Source: Camelus dromedarius (lineage: Eukaryota). From it: a stretch of 64,000 nt of DNA. The notes below the pieces were generated by a model. It made no database searches and was not told where the DNA came from. It saw only the letters and a list, made by a program, of their open reading frames with translations. The translations under genes were made by a program, and so were the position numbers. Location of the stretch: contig NC_087437.1 of the NCBI RefSeq assembly GCF_036321535.1, positions 78,432,001-78,496,000 of the forward strand, in the 5' to 3' direction. Numbering within the stretch: position 1 is the first letter of the stretch; each line of letters begins with the position of its first letter. This document shows positions 50,096 through 61,755 of the stretch, piece after piece.

Positions 50096-51884
50096 ATATA
50101 TTGTATATTGTACAATATACATTTAAGATATTTATTAGTAATAGTAGTATTGAATAATGTTTATTAAGTTTGAGAAATGAGGTTCACATTACTTATCATG
50201 TTGAGGGATATTAAAAGAAATGAATTTTAGAAATTTTGACTTAGAGAAATGAACAAAGCAAATTTATATGAAATAAAAGACAAAGCCCAAAACAAATGTT
50301 TCGCTAATAAGAAGTGGTACATAAATTTTATGTGATTGTTTATTAATTCAACAAATATTTGTATATTGAGTTCCTACTATGTGCCAAACATCTACTTATA
50401 TTACCAATTAGTGACAAAACAAGTTTAGACATTTGCCATTCATTACCAAAGGAACAGCTAAAAAAACCTAATTAATCTTTGTTGGTTTTATATTTTTGAA
50501 GGAGAAATTCCAAATTGCTCACCATGGCATATAAGGAATCTCACAATCTGGGTACTAATTATTTCAAAGTCATGCATAACAGGAAGGGACTATGCTCAAG
50601 CCACATAAGGCGTCACCTCAGAATTCTGATCATTTGTATAAAGACTGGTCATATTTCTGGTAAACAAATTCCTATTAATTTCCCTACAAAGAGGTGTCAG
50701 GTACTCAGTTTTACAAAGAAATTTGTTTATCTGAGATGCAGCTGAAGTTTGAGGATCCTTCAGAGCAGCTCCGTGACCCTGCTGATCAATTAGAAAAGAA
50801 AGACAAAGGCATATCATGCTCACGCCGACTCAAATGCAGCCTTCTCTCTGAAGCCTTTTTTCAGGCAGTTAGTCCTAAGCTCCTATTCGTGTTGCTGTAA
50901 GAGAAAATATAATACTGTTTAGTATTGTCTGTTTATATTTCTCTTCTCTGAGAAGCGAGACCTTCACATAATCACCTCTCTACCCTAAATGTTTTCTGCT
51001 ATTCCTGGTACGTAGTAGGTGCTGGATAAATATGTGAGAAAGGAAGGAAGGGGAAGGAGAGAGAAAAAAAAAAAAAAACTGACATCTTGCAGCCAAATAA
51101 CCCCTTGTAACTCACACTGTGGATTTTGTAATAGTCAACCAGGTGTTCCAAATGATGAGGCTAGGAAAATGAAATATGTTTAGAGATAAATAGACTTTTT
51201 CTTAGGCAATCAAAGAAGAAAAGGTGAAATCAGGTGACATGCTGAGTTTGAGGTCAGCACTGTGAGCTCTTTGGGCCTGGAGCCAGAAAGAGATTTGAGA
51301 CAGACTGTTGGCTTCCAGGTGTGACTGTGTTTATACCCATTAAGATTATTGTGTTGACAGTATGCAGGAGAGATAGTCAGACCAGAAGCAGTTTCTAAAT
51401 CTTGTCCTGGGAATTCCTAAGAGAAAACTGTGGGCACTGATCCTGGAAGGCGATGGATGGAAAAAGCCAGTAGATGCTTTAAGTTTCCTGATTCAGACAA
51501 TGGAGAATCAGTTTGGGAGCTCAGATCCCTGGAGGTTGTCCCCCAACCATAGGGTTTCTTTATGTCAAAAAGTTTGAATTGCTGAGACATTTGAGGCTCT
51601 TTCCTAGAATGACTACCGTACTAGCATCACATTGAGGTAAAATTGAAAACTAAGTTGTCTTTAGAAAACCTTACTGTGGAATTTCTCTCTTGCAGTCCAA
51701 ATTTCACTGTTATCTGCAAAAGAACTTTAGTCTAGAGGTCCCTGCTGGCCTGCTGGAGGCTGTGCTAATGTTCACCTCTTGTAGAGGAGTAAAGATTTAC
51801 TATGCTTAGTAGAACCCATTACCACTAGCAAAAACTTGCTCATCATATGTTGGTATATAAAGTAAATTAAACACTTGTTCATCA

Positions 51885-52450
51885 AATTGTTATTTTTTAA
51901 ACAAGTATTTACTGAGAACCTCTTCTGACCCAGGCACTGTTCTGTGCCCTTTGTGTATGGCTGTGGACAAAGTATATATGGTATCTACCTTTATGAAGAG
52001 TAAACACTAGTAGGGTAGATAGACCATAAACAAATAATTATAGGAAAATAGGAATAACTTCATAGCAAGTAACTTACATAGCAACTTCTGTTATAATAGT
52101 CATGGAGAATGATTCTTAAAAAAAAGTTAAAAAGAGACATTTGAAACAAAGCCTGAATAATAAGAAGGTGTCATAGACACAAAGACCTGGGAAGAGGATG
52201 TTCCAGGTACAGGGAATATCAAGTACACAATTCCTAAGGCAGGAAGGAGTTCTGCCTGTCCGGAGGACAGAAAAGTAACCAGTGAAGAAGGCGGAGAAAG
52301 ATCGAAGAGAAAGGGAACACGTGGGACCTTTGTAGTTAGTGACAGAAACTTAGAATCAGTTTTACAATCTATGGAGAGCTTTTGGATTTTAAGCAAACTA
52401 TTGCTATGAAACGATTTATGTTAGGGAATTTTACTTTGCCTGCAATGAAG
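51885..52450 (-). mobile_element. L2 3' portion
   Basis: AACAAGTATTTACTGAG..CCAGGCACTGTTCT..GAGACATTTGAAACAAAGCCTGAATAATAAGAAGG..TGTTCCAGGTACAGGGAA. Confidence 0.8.
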
Positions 52451-52799
52451 AATGTAAAGAAAATAAAAATTAATTGTTGCTAAGAGGGAACAGAGAATTT
52501 CACTCTGGAGGGATTTTGAGTTGCAACTTGAAGAAAGTGTGAGGGTTCAGCAGGTGAATGAAAAGGAGAAAAGGCCATTCAACTTTGAAGACATGTCTAA
52601 GCCAAGCCACAAAACACGTGGTTGTTTAGAGATTTAATACAAATGGGAGGTATATACCAGAAGTGGCTGCAAAAAATGTGGACTTAGGTAATAATAAACT
52701 GCTCACAAATATTGAGTTCTTGTAGTGTACCAAGCATGGAGCTTAATCATTTACTTTGGTTCATTGCAAACCTGCTGCATTTCCTCCTGAGTACATTCA

Positions 52800-53800
52800 T
52801 TCTCTCATTCCCTGAGCATTTCACATAACCCCATGCCTCAGACTTTTAACATAGCCTTTTCCCTCTGACTCATAACTGAAGATCTTTTTTCTTGTATTAA
52901 TGAGAAAATGGAAGCAATCAAAAGTAAAATTCCACTTACTTCCACCATCAGATCTACAGACTCCCATGCATTTACGCCTACACGCTATTCCCGATGTTTA
53001 TTATTGATGACAGGGACTTGTCTGTCTCTGCTCCAATCTAACATTAACCTCTGTATTTGTGCCCTGGATCCCATCTCCTTCTGTTGTCCAAGGACTTGCT
53101 CCAGTTATTATCCCTTGCTTTAATTCATTCACGTATTGCTTCTATATTCTATCATTTTCTTCATTATAAAACCATGAAGTAATCTCTTTAATTATACAAA
53201 CAAATAAAAAAAAACTCTCTTAACCACTTCCCTTCTACCTTTTACTCCATTTCTCTGCTTCCCTTTGGAGCAAACCTTATGGAAGGCATGTCTAATCACT
53301 ACTTAGCCCCAATTTGCTTTAAGCCACATCAGTTAAGATTTCACCACCACTTTGTTGAAGCCACCCAAGTTCACTCATGATCTCTATGTGGCAAAAAAAG
53401 CTCATCATCAATTATCTTTCTCAACTTTTCAATTACATTTAATAGAGTCAGTAACTCTTCGAAGCTCTTTGTTCAGCTAACTTCTAAGACTCCACCTTCA
53501 CCTAATTTTCCTCAAGTCTCTGAATATAGAGCCTCATCATTTCCCCAAATCTTGCAACATTCCAAAGCTGTCCTTGGACTTTGCCTTCTCAATCTATAGT
53601 CACTCTCATGACTTAAATACCATGTATTTTCTAAGGGATTCCAAATTTACATATCAAGGTCCCTCCCTATCCTACAATCCATCTGCCTTCTTAACATCTC
53701 AGAAATCTTAGGCTCTTCACACCATTTCTCTTAATTATAAATATGTAACACAAATGTAATACTTCTGCCTCTAAACTGACTCCAATCATATTTCAATCCC
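52800..53800 (+). mobile_element. L2 ORF2-region fragment
   Basis: TTTGTGCCCTGGATCCCATCTCCT..CCATTTCTCTGCTTCCCTTT..TTCCAAATTTACATATC..CCATCTGCCTTCTTAACATCTC. Confidence 0.7.
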
Positions 53801-53829
53801 AGTATTCCATATATAATGAAATCACTATA

Positions 53830-54762
53830 TCCTTTTCACATTGTTTTCACAATTGTACTAAGATGCTATTTTTCTTAATCATACTTTTTCTTTCACAGTT
53901 TTATAGTGGAGTTTTCCAGAGGCTATGTGGAAAATATAATGATATTGCTTTTACAGTTAATGGACTATGTGCTTGTGTATTATCATGTTTTAAAAATCTC
54001 TCAGTTTTGAATGATAAATAGGAAAGAGTCAGACATTTCCTCAAAGGTCAAAAACAGAGTTATCATAAGACACAGAAATTGTACTCCTAGTTTCATATCC
54101 AAGAGTAATGAAAACATATGTAAATACAAAAACATGTACACACAAAAATGTTCATAGTAGCAATACCCATCACAGTCAAAAGTGGAAACAACCCAAATGT
54201 CCATCAACTGTTGAATGGATGCACTAATCCATTGTATGTATATACAATAATCCATACAATGGGTTATTATTTAGCAATAAAAAAGAATAAACTATTGATA
54301 CATGCTATAATATGGATGAACCTTGAAACATTTTAAGTGGAAGAAGTCAATCACAGATCACACATTATATGATTCAATTTATATAAATATCCAGATACAC
54401 AGAATAATCAGATTTATAAAGATAAAAAGTAGGTTAATGGTTGCCTACAGTTGGGTGGGAGGGATGAGGAGTGACTGATAATGGATACAAGTTTATTTTG
54501 AGAATGATGAAAATATTTTTAAATTGGGTGTAATGATCGCACAACTCTGAATATTCAAAAACCACTTAACTGTATACTTTAAATGGGTATGTTTTTGTGG
54601 TAAATGAATTAAATCTTAATAAAGGTTTTATTTTTCAACAAAGGTTAAAAAATTTTTTCAGTCTGGATTTTTAATATGGTAGAAATATAAAACCCACATA
54701 CACAAACACTCTGAGACTTTAAATAATTTTTAAGACAAATTTTTAAAAGTTCAATAGCCCCT
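53830..54762. mobile_element. Charlie1-like hAT transposon end, split by an L1MB insertion
   Basis: AGTGGAGTTTTCCAGAGGCTATGTG..GTGCTTGTGTATT..AAAAATCTCTCAGTTT, resuming after the L1 with AACCCACATACACAAA..AATAATTTTTAAGA. Confidence 0.65.
54010..54645 (+). mobile_element. L1MB-like 3' end
   Basis: GGAAACAACCCAAATGTCCATCAACTG..ATGGATGAACCTTGAAACATT..TGGTTGCCT..ACTGTATACTTTAAATGGGT..AATAAAG. A decayed TSD reads AAAAATCTCTCAGT / AAAAATTTTTTCAGT. Confidence 0.9.
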
Positions 54763-54769
54763 GTCCTAA

Positions 54770-55955
54770 TATAAACAAGAATCTTTTAATTGGTCTTGAT
54801 GTTTTTATTCTAATTCCCTGATGGTCTGCCTTCATAAATTATTAACCAGAGCGATCTTTAAAATATATTAGTCAGATCATATCACTCTATTTAAAAATCT
54901 TTCAGAAACTTTCTGTGAGTTAGAATGAATCTTACAGCCATCATCATGACCTATAATGTTCTGTGTCCAATTTCCTATTACCTTCTCAATCTTCTCTTTA
55001 CCAATAGCTATGGTCTAGCCACTTTGGCATTATTACTGTGTCACAAATATATAAAACATGGTCTCACCCCAAGACCTTAGAATTCTCTGTTTTCTTGGTT
55101 TAGATCCCCCCAAGATCTTTACCTGAGTCACCTCCTTACTTTATTCAGGCCACTGCTCAAATGACAGTTCCCCATATAGTCCTTTCCTTCTCTGCTTATC
55201 CAAAAATAGCACCTTCTACATGTATAGCATCCTCCATTTCTCTTGATTTTCTTTCTCTATTTGTACCACCCATGGGCATAGCAGGTAATATTAACTCACC
55301 CTCGACCCCACCCTCAGCATCCCCAAACAATGACTGATGGAGTTGAGGTAAAAATACTCCAGCTCTCTAGAGCCCTATGTGGGAGTGCTCTTGAGATGTA
55401 ATGTTCCTCACTGACACTCAGTTTCCTAGAGGGATTAAGGTCTAATTATCCACGGTGATAACTTACTTGACAACATAAAATTTATTGGCTGATTTTCCTT
55501 TGCAGTCTCATTTTCCTACTTGCTTAAGAGTATTTCCTGATAGTGCCTTCTTCTAAATGCACTACTTGCATTCAACTCTTTGTCTCTTATGATTTGATTT
55601 TTTTTAAACATTAAAATAATGGAATTTTATTTTGATGAAAAACGTGAATTTACAGTCATTTAGTAAATGAAGAGCAAACAGTTTATTTTTCTATCTCATA
55701 ACTCTTAAGGAAAAAAATCATTAGTAAATAAGTATCCATGAACAGATTAAGGGTAAGGCAGACAGGAAAATAAACCACCTCTGATGTTCACACTCCTGGC
55801 ATATCTCTTTATATTTACTGTTTTATTTTCTCTTTCACCTACTAAAATGTAAATACTAAAAAGGTAAAGATCTTCTTTTGCTCACTGCACTCATAGTGTT
55901 TAGTGCAATGCCTTGTATAACTTTGGCATTCAATAAATATTTATTGACTGTAGAA
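54770..55955 (+). mobile_element. L2 3' portion (continuation of the 52.8-53.8 kb L2), interrupted by an LTR fragment
   Basis: CCAGAGCGATCTTTAAAATA..GTCAGATCATATCACTC, TTCAGGCCACTGCTCAAATG and terminal GGCATTCAATAAATATTTATTGA. Confidence 0.7.
55275..55590 (+). mobile_element. LTR33/LTR16C-like ERVL LTR fragment
   Basis: CAATGACTGATGGAGTTGAGGTAAAAATACTCCAGCTC..TAACTTACTTGACAAC..TTTATTGGCTG..ACTACTTGCATTC. Confidence 0.7.
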
Positions 55956-55974
55956 TGGGTGATTATCAGATATT

Positions 55975-56140
55975 TTCCTTATAATGGTTCTGTGAGGAAG
56001 GTACTATTGTTATTATCTCTATATCACAGAGGATGAAACCAAGATTTCAAAAGGTCAACTAAATTGCCCAGCTTGCACAGTATATGGAGAAGTAAGTCTC
56101 TAAGATGCTTGTCTAACATCAAAGCCCATAGTTTTAACAA
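55975..56140 (-). mobile_element. MIR SINE
   Basis: CTGTGAGGAAGGTACTATTGTTATT..ACAGAGGATGAAACCAAG..TTGCCCAG..CAAAGCCCAT. Confidence 0.7.
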
Positions 56141-57517
56141 AATTGGTTAACAGTGAAAACTCAGCTCTAAGATATAAGATACATGGTCAAAACACAACTA
56201 CCAGCAGGTACTTTAATGGTGAATAGCTAGTATTCTTAGATTCCTCTTGATTAATCTAGAGATTAAGAAAGGTAACGTTTCAAAGATTAGACAAAGAGAG
56301 AGACAAAATAAAAACTAGCTTGTATAGATTCTCCTGAAGTTCTGAGCCCCTCCCTTCTAAATTTTGTTTCTGTATTTGGCTTAACTGGCTCTCTTTCTCA
56401 TGGATAATTATTGTGGTCACTTCTGTCATAGTAAACTTAACACACCTTTTGATTTCCTGCTTTCCCTAGTTAAGGATCAAATACACTCATCTTGTTTCAA
56501 GCTACCACATTGCTTTGAATATTAGATTTTAAATTTCAGAGTAAATTCATAGTTTCCTCTGTCACTTTTTTCTCCAAGTCCAGGTGAGCAACCTAGAATT
56601 TACCAGAAGGACAGCCAGCACTATTTTCAAAAGGTGGCCAATTAATAGAATTACCCAAATGTAATGATCTTTCATCTGTTTGCTATTCACCTATACATAA
56701 ATACAGCATTCTAAAACACCAGAACAGAAATAGCAAAAGAAAAAAAATTATGGGTTGCTAATGCTTTCTTCTTATTATTTCTTCTTTATTTCCTTCAATT
56801 TTTATTAGACAATTAATAAGCTTATTTGGCAGATGGAGCAAAATTGAGATATTAGAAGTCCTCTTTCCAAGGTAAATTATTTTATTAATTGTAATTATCT
56901 CTACAGGTAAGGAAATAGACAAATGACTCCAGCTTCCTTATTAATTAATTTAATCAGAAATTTTTTACTTCTTTTACACTTTATCTTAGAACAGGCCAAA
57001 GATACAGTTTTTTGTCACAGGATTGCAAAGGATAAATGAGGGTGAGGGGACTAACTATGAAAGTTTAAAACAAAGTGGGGATCTGGTATTCAAGAAGATA
57101 GCAGTAGGAACAAGTAAAAGATAGAGAGAGAGGAATTGAATGAAGAGAGAGCAAACAAAGCCAGTTGTATGATTCAACATTTTTGCCAGAGAATTGCTGT
57201 TTCAATGTTTATAGATGCCAGAACTTTGCCAAATTATCAAAGGAAAGCTTTACTGAAAGACTTTTTCTACAGAAAATTAAAAGCAAAGGAATTTGACATA
57301 AAATTTGATTTGACTTCTGCTCTCCTATGATCTGAATGTTTGAAGAAATATCTGCATTGCCAATGACACAATTACAGTTTCCTAAAGCGTTCAGAGATAT
57401 CATTCATTGAGTTGACTTGAAGTTCTTAAAGATGCAGTCTTCACTGTCGTTTACTCTTGTATCTCCAGCATTTAGCAGTTTGATGACTGAGTTAATTGTG
57501 TACCATAATGCAAGATC

Positions 57518-57584
57518 ATCTATCTATCTCTCTATCTCTCTATCTATCTATCTCTCTATCTATCTATCTATCTATCTATCTATC
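57518..57584. repeat. (TCTA)n/(TC)n microsatellite
   Basis: Read directly. Confidence 0.92.
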
Positions 57585-60500
57585 GAAATTCAAAGTACTA
57601 TTTATGTATTAATCCTAACCTAATGGAATACTAATATAATTTTTTTTTAATTTATTGAAATAATTGAAAAACCCATTAACTTGCCAAGTTAATGACTCTT
57701 ATTTTGTCCAAATGCTCACTGCCATGGTCATTATGAGTATATGGTAGTGAAAGAAGGGAAGAGCAGGCCTGATGGCGTCCAGCGCAGCGACAAGACTACT
57801 GAGAGGGCTGGGAGTGACCAGGCTGTGTGGCAGGAGATGTTTCCAGGACTTCCCTTCTGTGAAAAGGCAACAGGTTTTATCTTGTAAGAATGCACGTGTG
57901 GGACAAAAAAACATATCTGTTCCCTCTCTTCTCTCCCTGAAAGTGCTTCCCACTTTAAAGAGATTTATAACTTGGAATGAAGGAAATTCACAGAGAATAA
58001 ACAGATGACATTAAGAGATTATCACAGGTCGGCACTTTTCCTTTTTTTTTTTTTCACTCTCTTGGAGAGAAACGGGTAGCATTCTGTCATTTTTGATATT
58101 TGGCCTTCTAACTTGTAGTATCATCATGCAGCATACCTTGGCCAAAATTCCCAGTGGTAAACTCAGCAGGGACTTCTAGTGTGAAGTAAACCCATGGCTC
58201 CGAGGGGACAAGAGAACGTAAAAGTCAAGTGTATGTATCTCAGGGCCCCAACTAGTAATAAATATATTTTTATATATATTTTATAGATGACAAGTAATCC
58301 AGGAGGATTACAATTAGTTCAAAGAAGAAATATCCTTTTCCTTTTCCCTGCCTTTCTTTCTGTTTATAGTGTTATTCTGTCTTAAAGTAAACTACTAGGA
58401 CATAAGAGATGAACTGTTTATTGATAAGCTGATGAATTTGCCATCTAGCACTTTTACATAAATTCAATCAGAAACTTCAACATGTAAAATATCATCATGT
58501 ATTATATTGTTTATTATGTATGTATGCACTGTTAGCATGTAAAATATTATGATGGTGATGTTGCTTCTATAGACACTGAGCTCAAAATTCTTATAACCAA
58601 AGACAATAGTGAAGATTCATCAGTCCAGTCTACCAAGGCATTCCTAGGCTCACAGCTTCCTGTCTGATCATCAGCAAAGCAAAAACAAAAATAGGGAAAA
58701 GAGCCTCCTTTTTCTTTTCTGTCCTTGCCAAAGGAATTACTATACTGAAGTATCCAGAGTTCAGAAAGAACTTCTCTTTTTGTGGCTTGAGGGTTTGGCT
58801 TGACATCCTTTCATTAGATGAGACAAATAGGATTTTATTGAGCCACTAGGGAAGTAAGGACTTCCTGAGCCAGACAAAAGCATTGGATGGGAAGAGGCTA
58901 TGCATTATAAATTCAGCTACACAAATGAGCACGATCTGATAGGCTCAGATATGAGAAGAGAGGTGGTACTAGGCAATTACAATTATAATCCATTGTGCTG
59001 AGGTTTTTTTTTTTTAATTCATGAAAGACCCTTGTTATCTGATGTTATATTTTTACACATTTGGAAAAACAGATGAAAGCTTTTCATGCTTATGAAAAGG
59101 AAAATACTGTGTATAATCAATATTTTTAAACCATGATAAAATTATCATTTGGTTGTTAATTTATTATTTGAAGCAGAGTAAAGTAATAGACACAGATGAC
59201 ATGTGATCAGAACTGTACTATTTTCTTGTTGATAAGTAGAGAACTATGGAAAAATTAAGCCATGCTTTTAAAATAAGTGCATTAAAAATACAAAAAAGTT
59301 TCTGATTCTAACTTTATAACTGTGGTGGAGTATATAACAGGTATTATTGTGCATGTTCTTATTAACTTCTTTCTCCATTCACCTCTCCCAGTCTTACTTT
59401 TTCTCTCCAGAGCCCTCAACTTTCCCATACCTCCATGTTTCTCCAGCCTGATTATTAACTTTTATTATAAAAATGCACTCAGTTTAACTTTGTCATTAAT
59501 AGTTAGTATAGAATAATTCTTTAAATAGGTATATTTTAATTTCTAGAAAGCATTTCTTAATGACCTTGATGTGATCATCCCTCTCTTGAACTGATCAGAA
59601 GAAATAATTAACTAGATTTTCTTTGACATTTTCAAAGATACAGACCACTACCTTTTCTTTCTGATGTGTGTCACTTTACTTCTACAAAACTATTTCTGTT
59701 CATAAAAGACCTGCTATTGTCTAAAATGACTTTATGAACTTAAAATGCCCAAACAATGCATAGAAAATCTTTCTGTGCCTGGAATTCAATGAAAGCCTTG
59801 TTTCTAATTCGAAGAATACACTGTATTTAAATCTCTAACATAAAGGTCATTTGTGTAGGGTGATTTCAAAGTGAGACTAGGTGACATGGATCAATTTCAT
59901 GACCAGCAATAACACTAATTACAACCTTCCACTCATTTAATATGATATGTAAATGCAAGATCTGACAACATCTAAAAAATTCTTGGGACTTTTCCTCCTC
60001 TAGATGAAAGGTGTTACCTAAATAAATCTTTAGAGTGCTTGGTTATAATTACTGAGTTTGTCTACTAAGTACATAATTGCATCACTTGTTGCCTGTCCGA
60101 CTCAAAACAAGAAAACGGTGAGTCTAAATCTTGCTAAATAATCTACCTACTCAAGTTAGAGTATGACCAAAGGTAGAGACTTGAGGGTAAAAGCCAGGAA
60201 ACTTGACACGGTGCCATCAACACAGCAGGTCCAAAGACAAGGTCCAAAATGTCTCTCAGTGTCTGTGACAGATGAATTTGCCTGAAGCTGCTGTCCAGTT
60301 GAATTCAGAACACTTGTCAGAAGTTAGAGAATTTTTATATGATGGGATCACCAGAAGGAAAAGTGAAGGTACTAATAAACTCTGTCCAAGGGCTATAAGA
60401 ATAAATCCCACTCCTATTGATTAGTTTGGGATTGGAAAATAAACTACAAAATGTGTTGGCCATCTGTTCTCTGTGAAACTCTGGATGGTTTCTTTGAGAT

Positions 60501-61713
60501 CATCATTAAAAGCAGAATTAAGGGTTCTTACTCATAGAAGTGCAGTTTTAATTGTCCCCTTTATTCTTTACACTTAATAGCATCTCTTCTTCAATGCCTG
60601 ATCACAGCTTCTTTGGAATGCCTTGGGAAAATGAACCAACAGAAGAAAAGTTTTCAGTAAGAACAGAAGGTACTCAGCAAGAGAAGGGAAAGTTTCAGTG
60701 TGATAGGGAGTATGGCTCTTGAGCAGTAATCTGCTGGCCTTATTCCACCCTCTTTCCCTATGGTTTTGGGGTGTGTCTATTAAGGGAATGATTTTCCTCA
60801 CTGATGGTTATGTGAGGAGAAAAGAGGCTCTCTGTCTGTTGTTCTGCTCCATTTGAACTACAGCAATATATAAGGCCAGTTTCTGCCAGATCTCTCGGAG
60901 AGGGCTGGGTATACGATGGAAACAGGTTGAAAGTGGGTGGGTGTAGGGAGGGGATGGAAGCTGATAGGTAAGCTTGTGTGTGTTCCAGATCCAACAGCAG
61001 GTTTTGCGAGTTCCAAGACTGGTAACGAGTTTGTTCTCTGAAAGAAGTCTGGGCCTCTGTGTGGATAAAACAAACATTCTAAACTGAAACTCATAAAAGA
61101 ATCAAAGAATCAAAACATTCTTCCTTTCTCTCTGAGAGGTAGATGGAAGGCTTTGGTGTCTGACAGGTGCAGCTTATGAGTAACCTGGATGGCAGCCAGA
61201 AGCTCTTGTAAGAACAGACCAAGAAGACCACACCTGGTGACTGAAAACGCTGCCCTCTAACACAACAGATGAAATTGAGTAAAATGCCATGCCTACTTCC
61301 CACTTTCCACATGAGCTGATTTTCATTAAATGAAGGCTAACACTAAGTATGCAGTTCTAAATCCTGGAGTCTTCCACTGGATACAGAATGTACCAAATTT
61401 CATTTGATGAAGATCATACTCTTGCCTGAAATGGAAAGATTCACTTTTCATGTTTATCCTAGTGTTGCTGAAGAATGCCTTTAATGTCCTTTAGTGTCCT
61501 TTGCAGGACATTTAGTTAATCTATTTACTTCCTAGGTATAGTTTATTGAATATGGCTTTCCACAGCTGAAAGTATTATGAAAGTCTGCTAAAGGTGGGAG
61601 TTATGTGTGCCTAGAAGGTGAATTAAATAAGTCTTCAAGGGAGTCTCTTGAGAAAAAAATTCTCACCATCAAATGTGCAATGGAAGAAAGAAAAGGCTCT
61701 AGGGAATAGTTGT

Positions 61714-61755
61714 AAAAAAAAAAAAAAAAAAAGAAAGAAAGAAAGAAAAAAAGAA
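61714..61755. repeat. poly(A)/(AAAG)n tract
   Basis: Read directly. Confidence 0.9.

Noticed and set aside
58843..58860. Second CTCF site GCCACTAGGGAAGT
   Set aside because: It lacks the GGC 3' half of the core motif.
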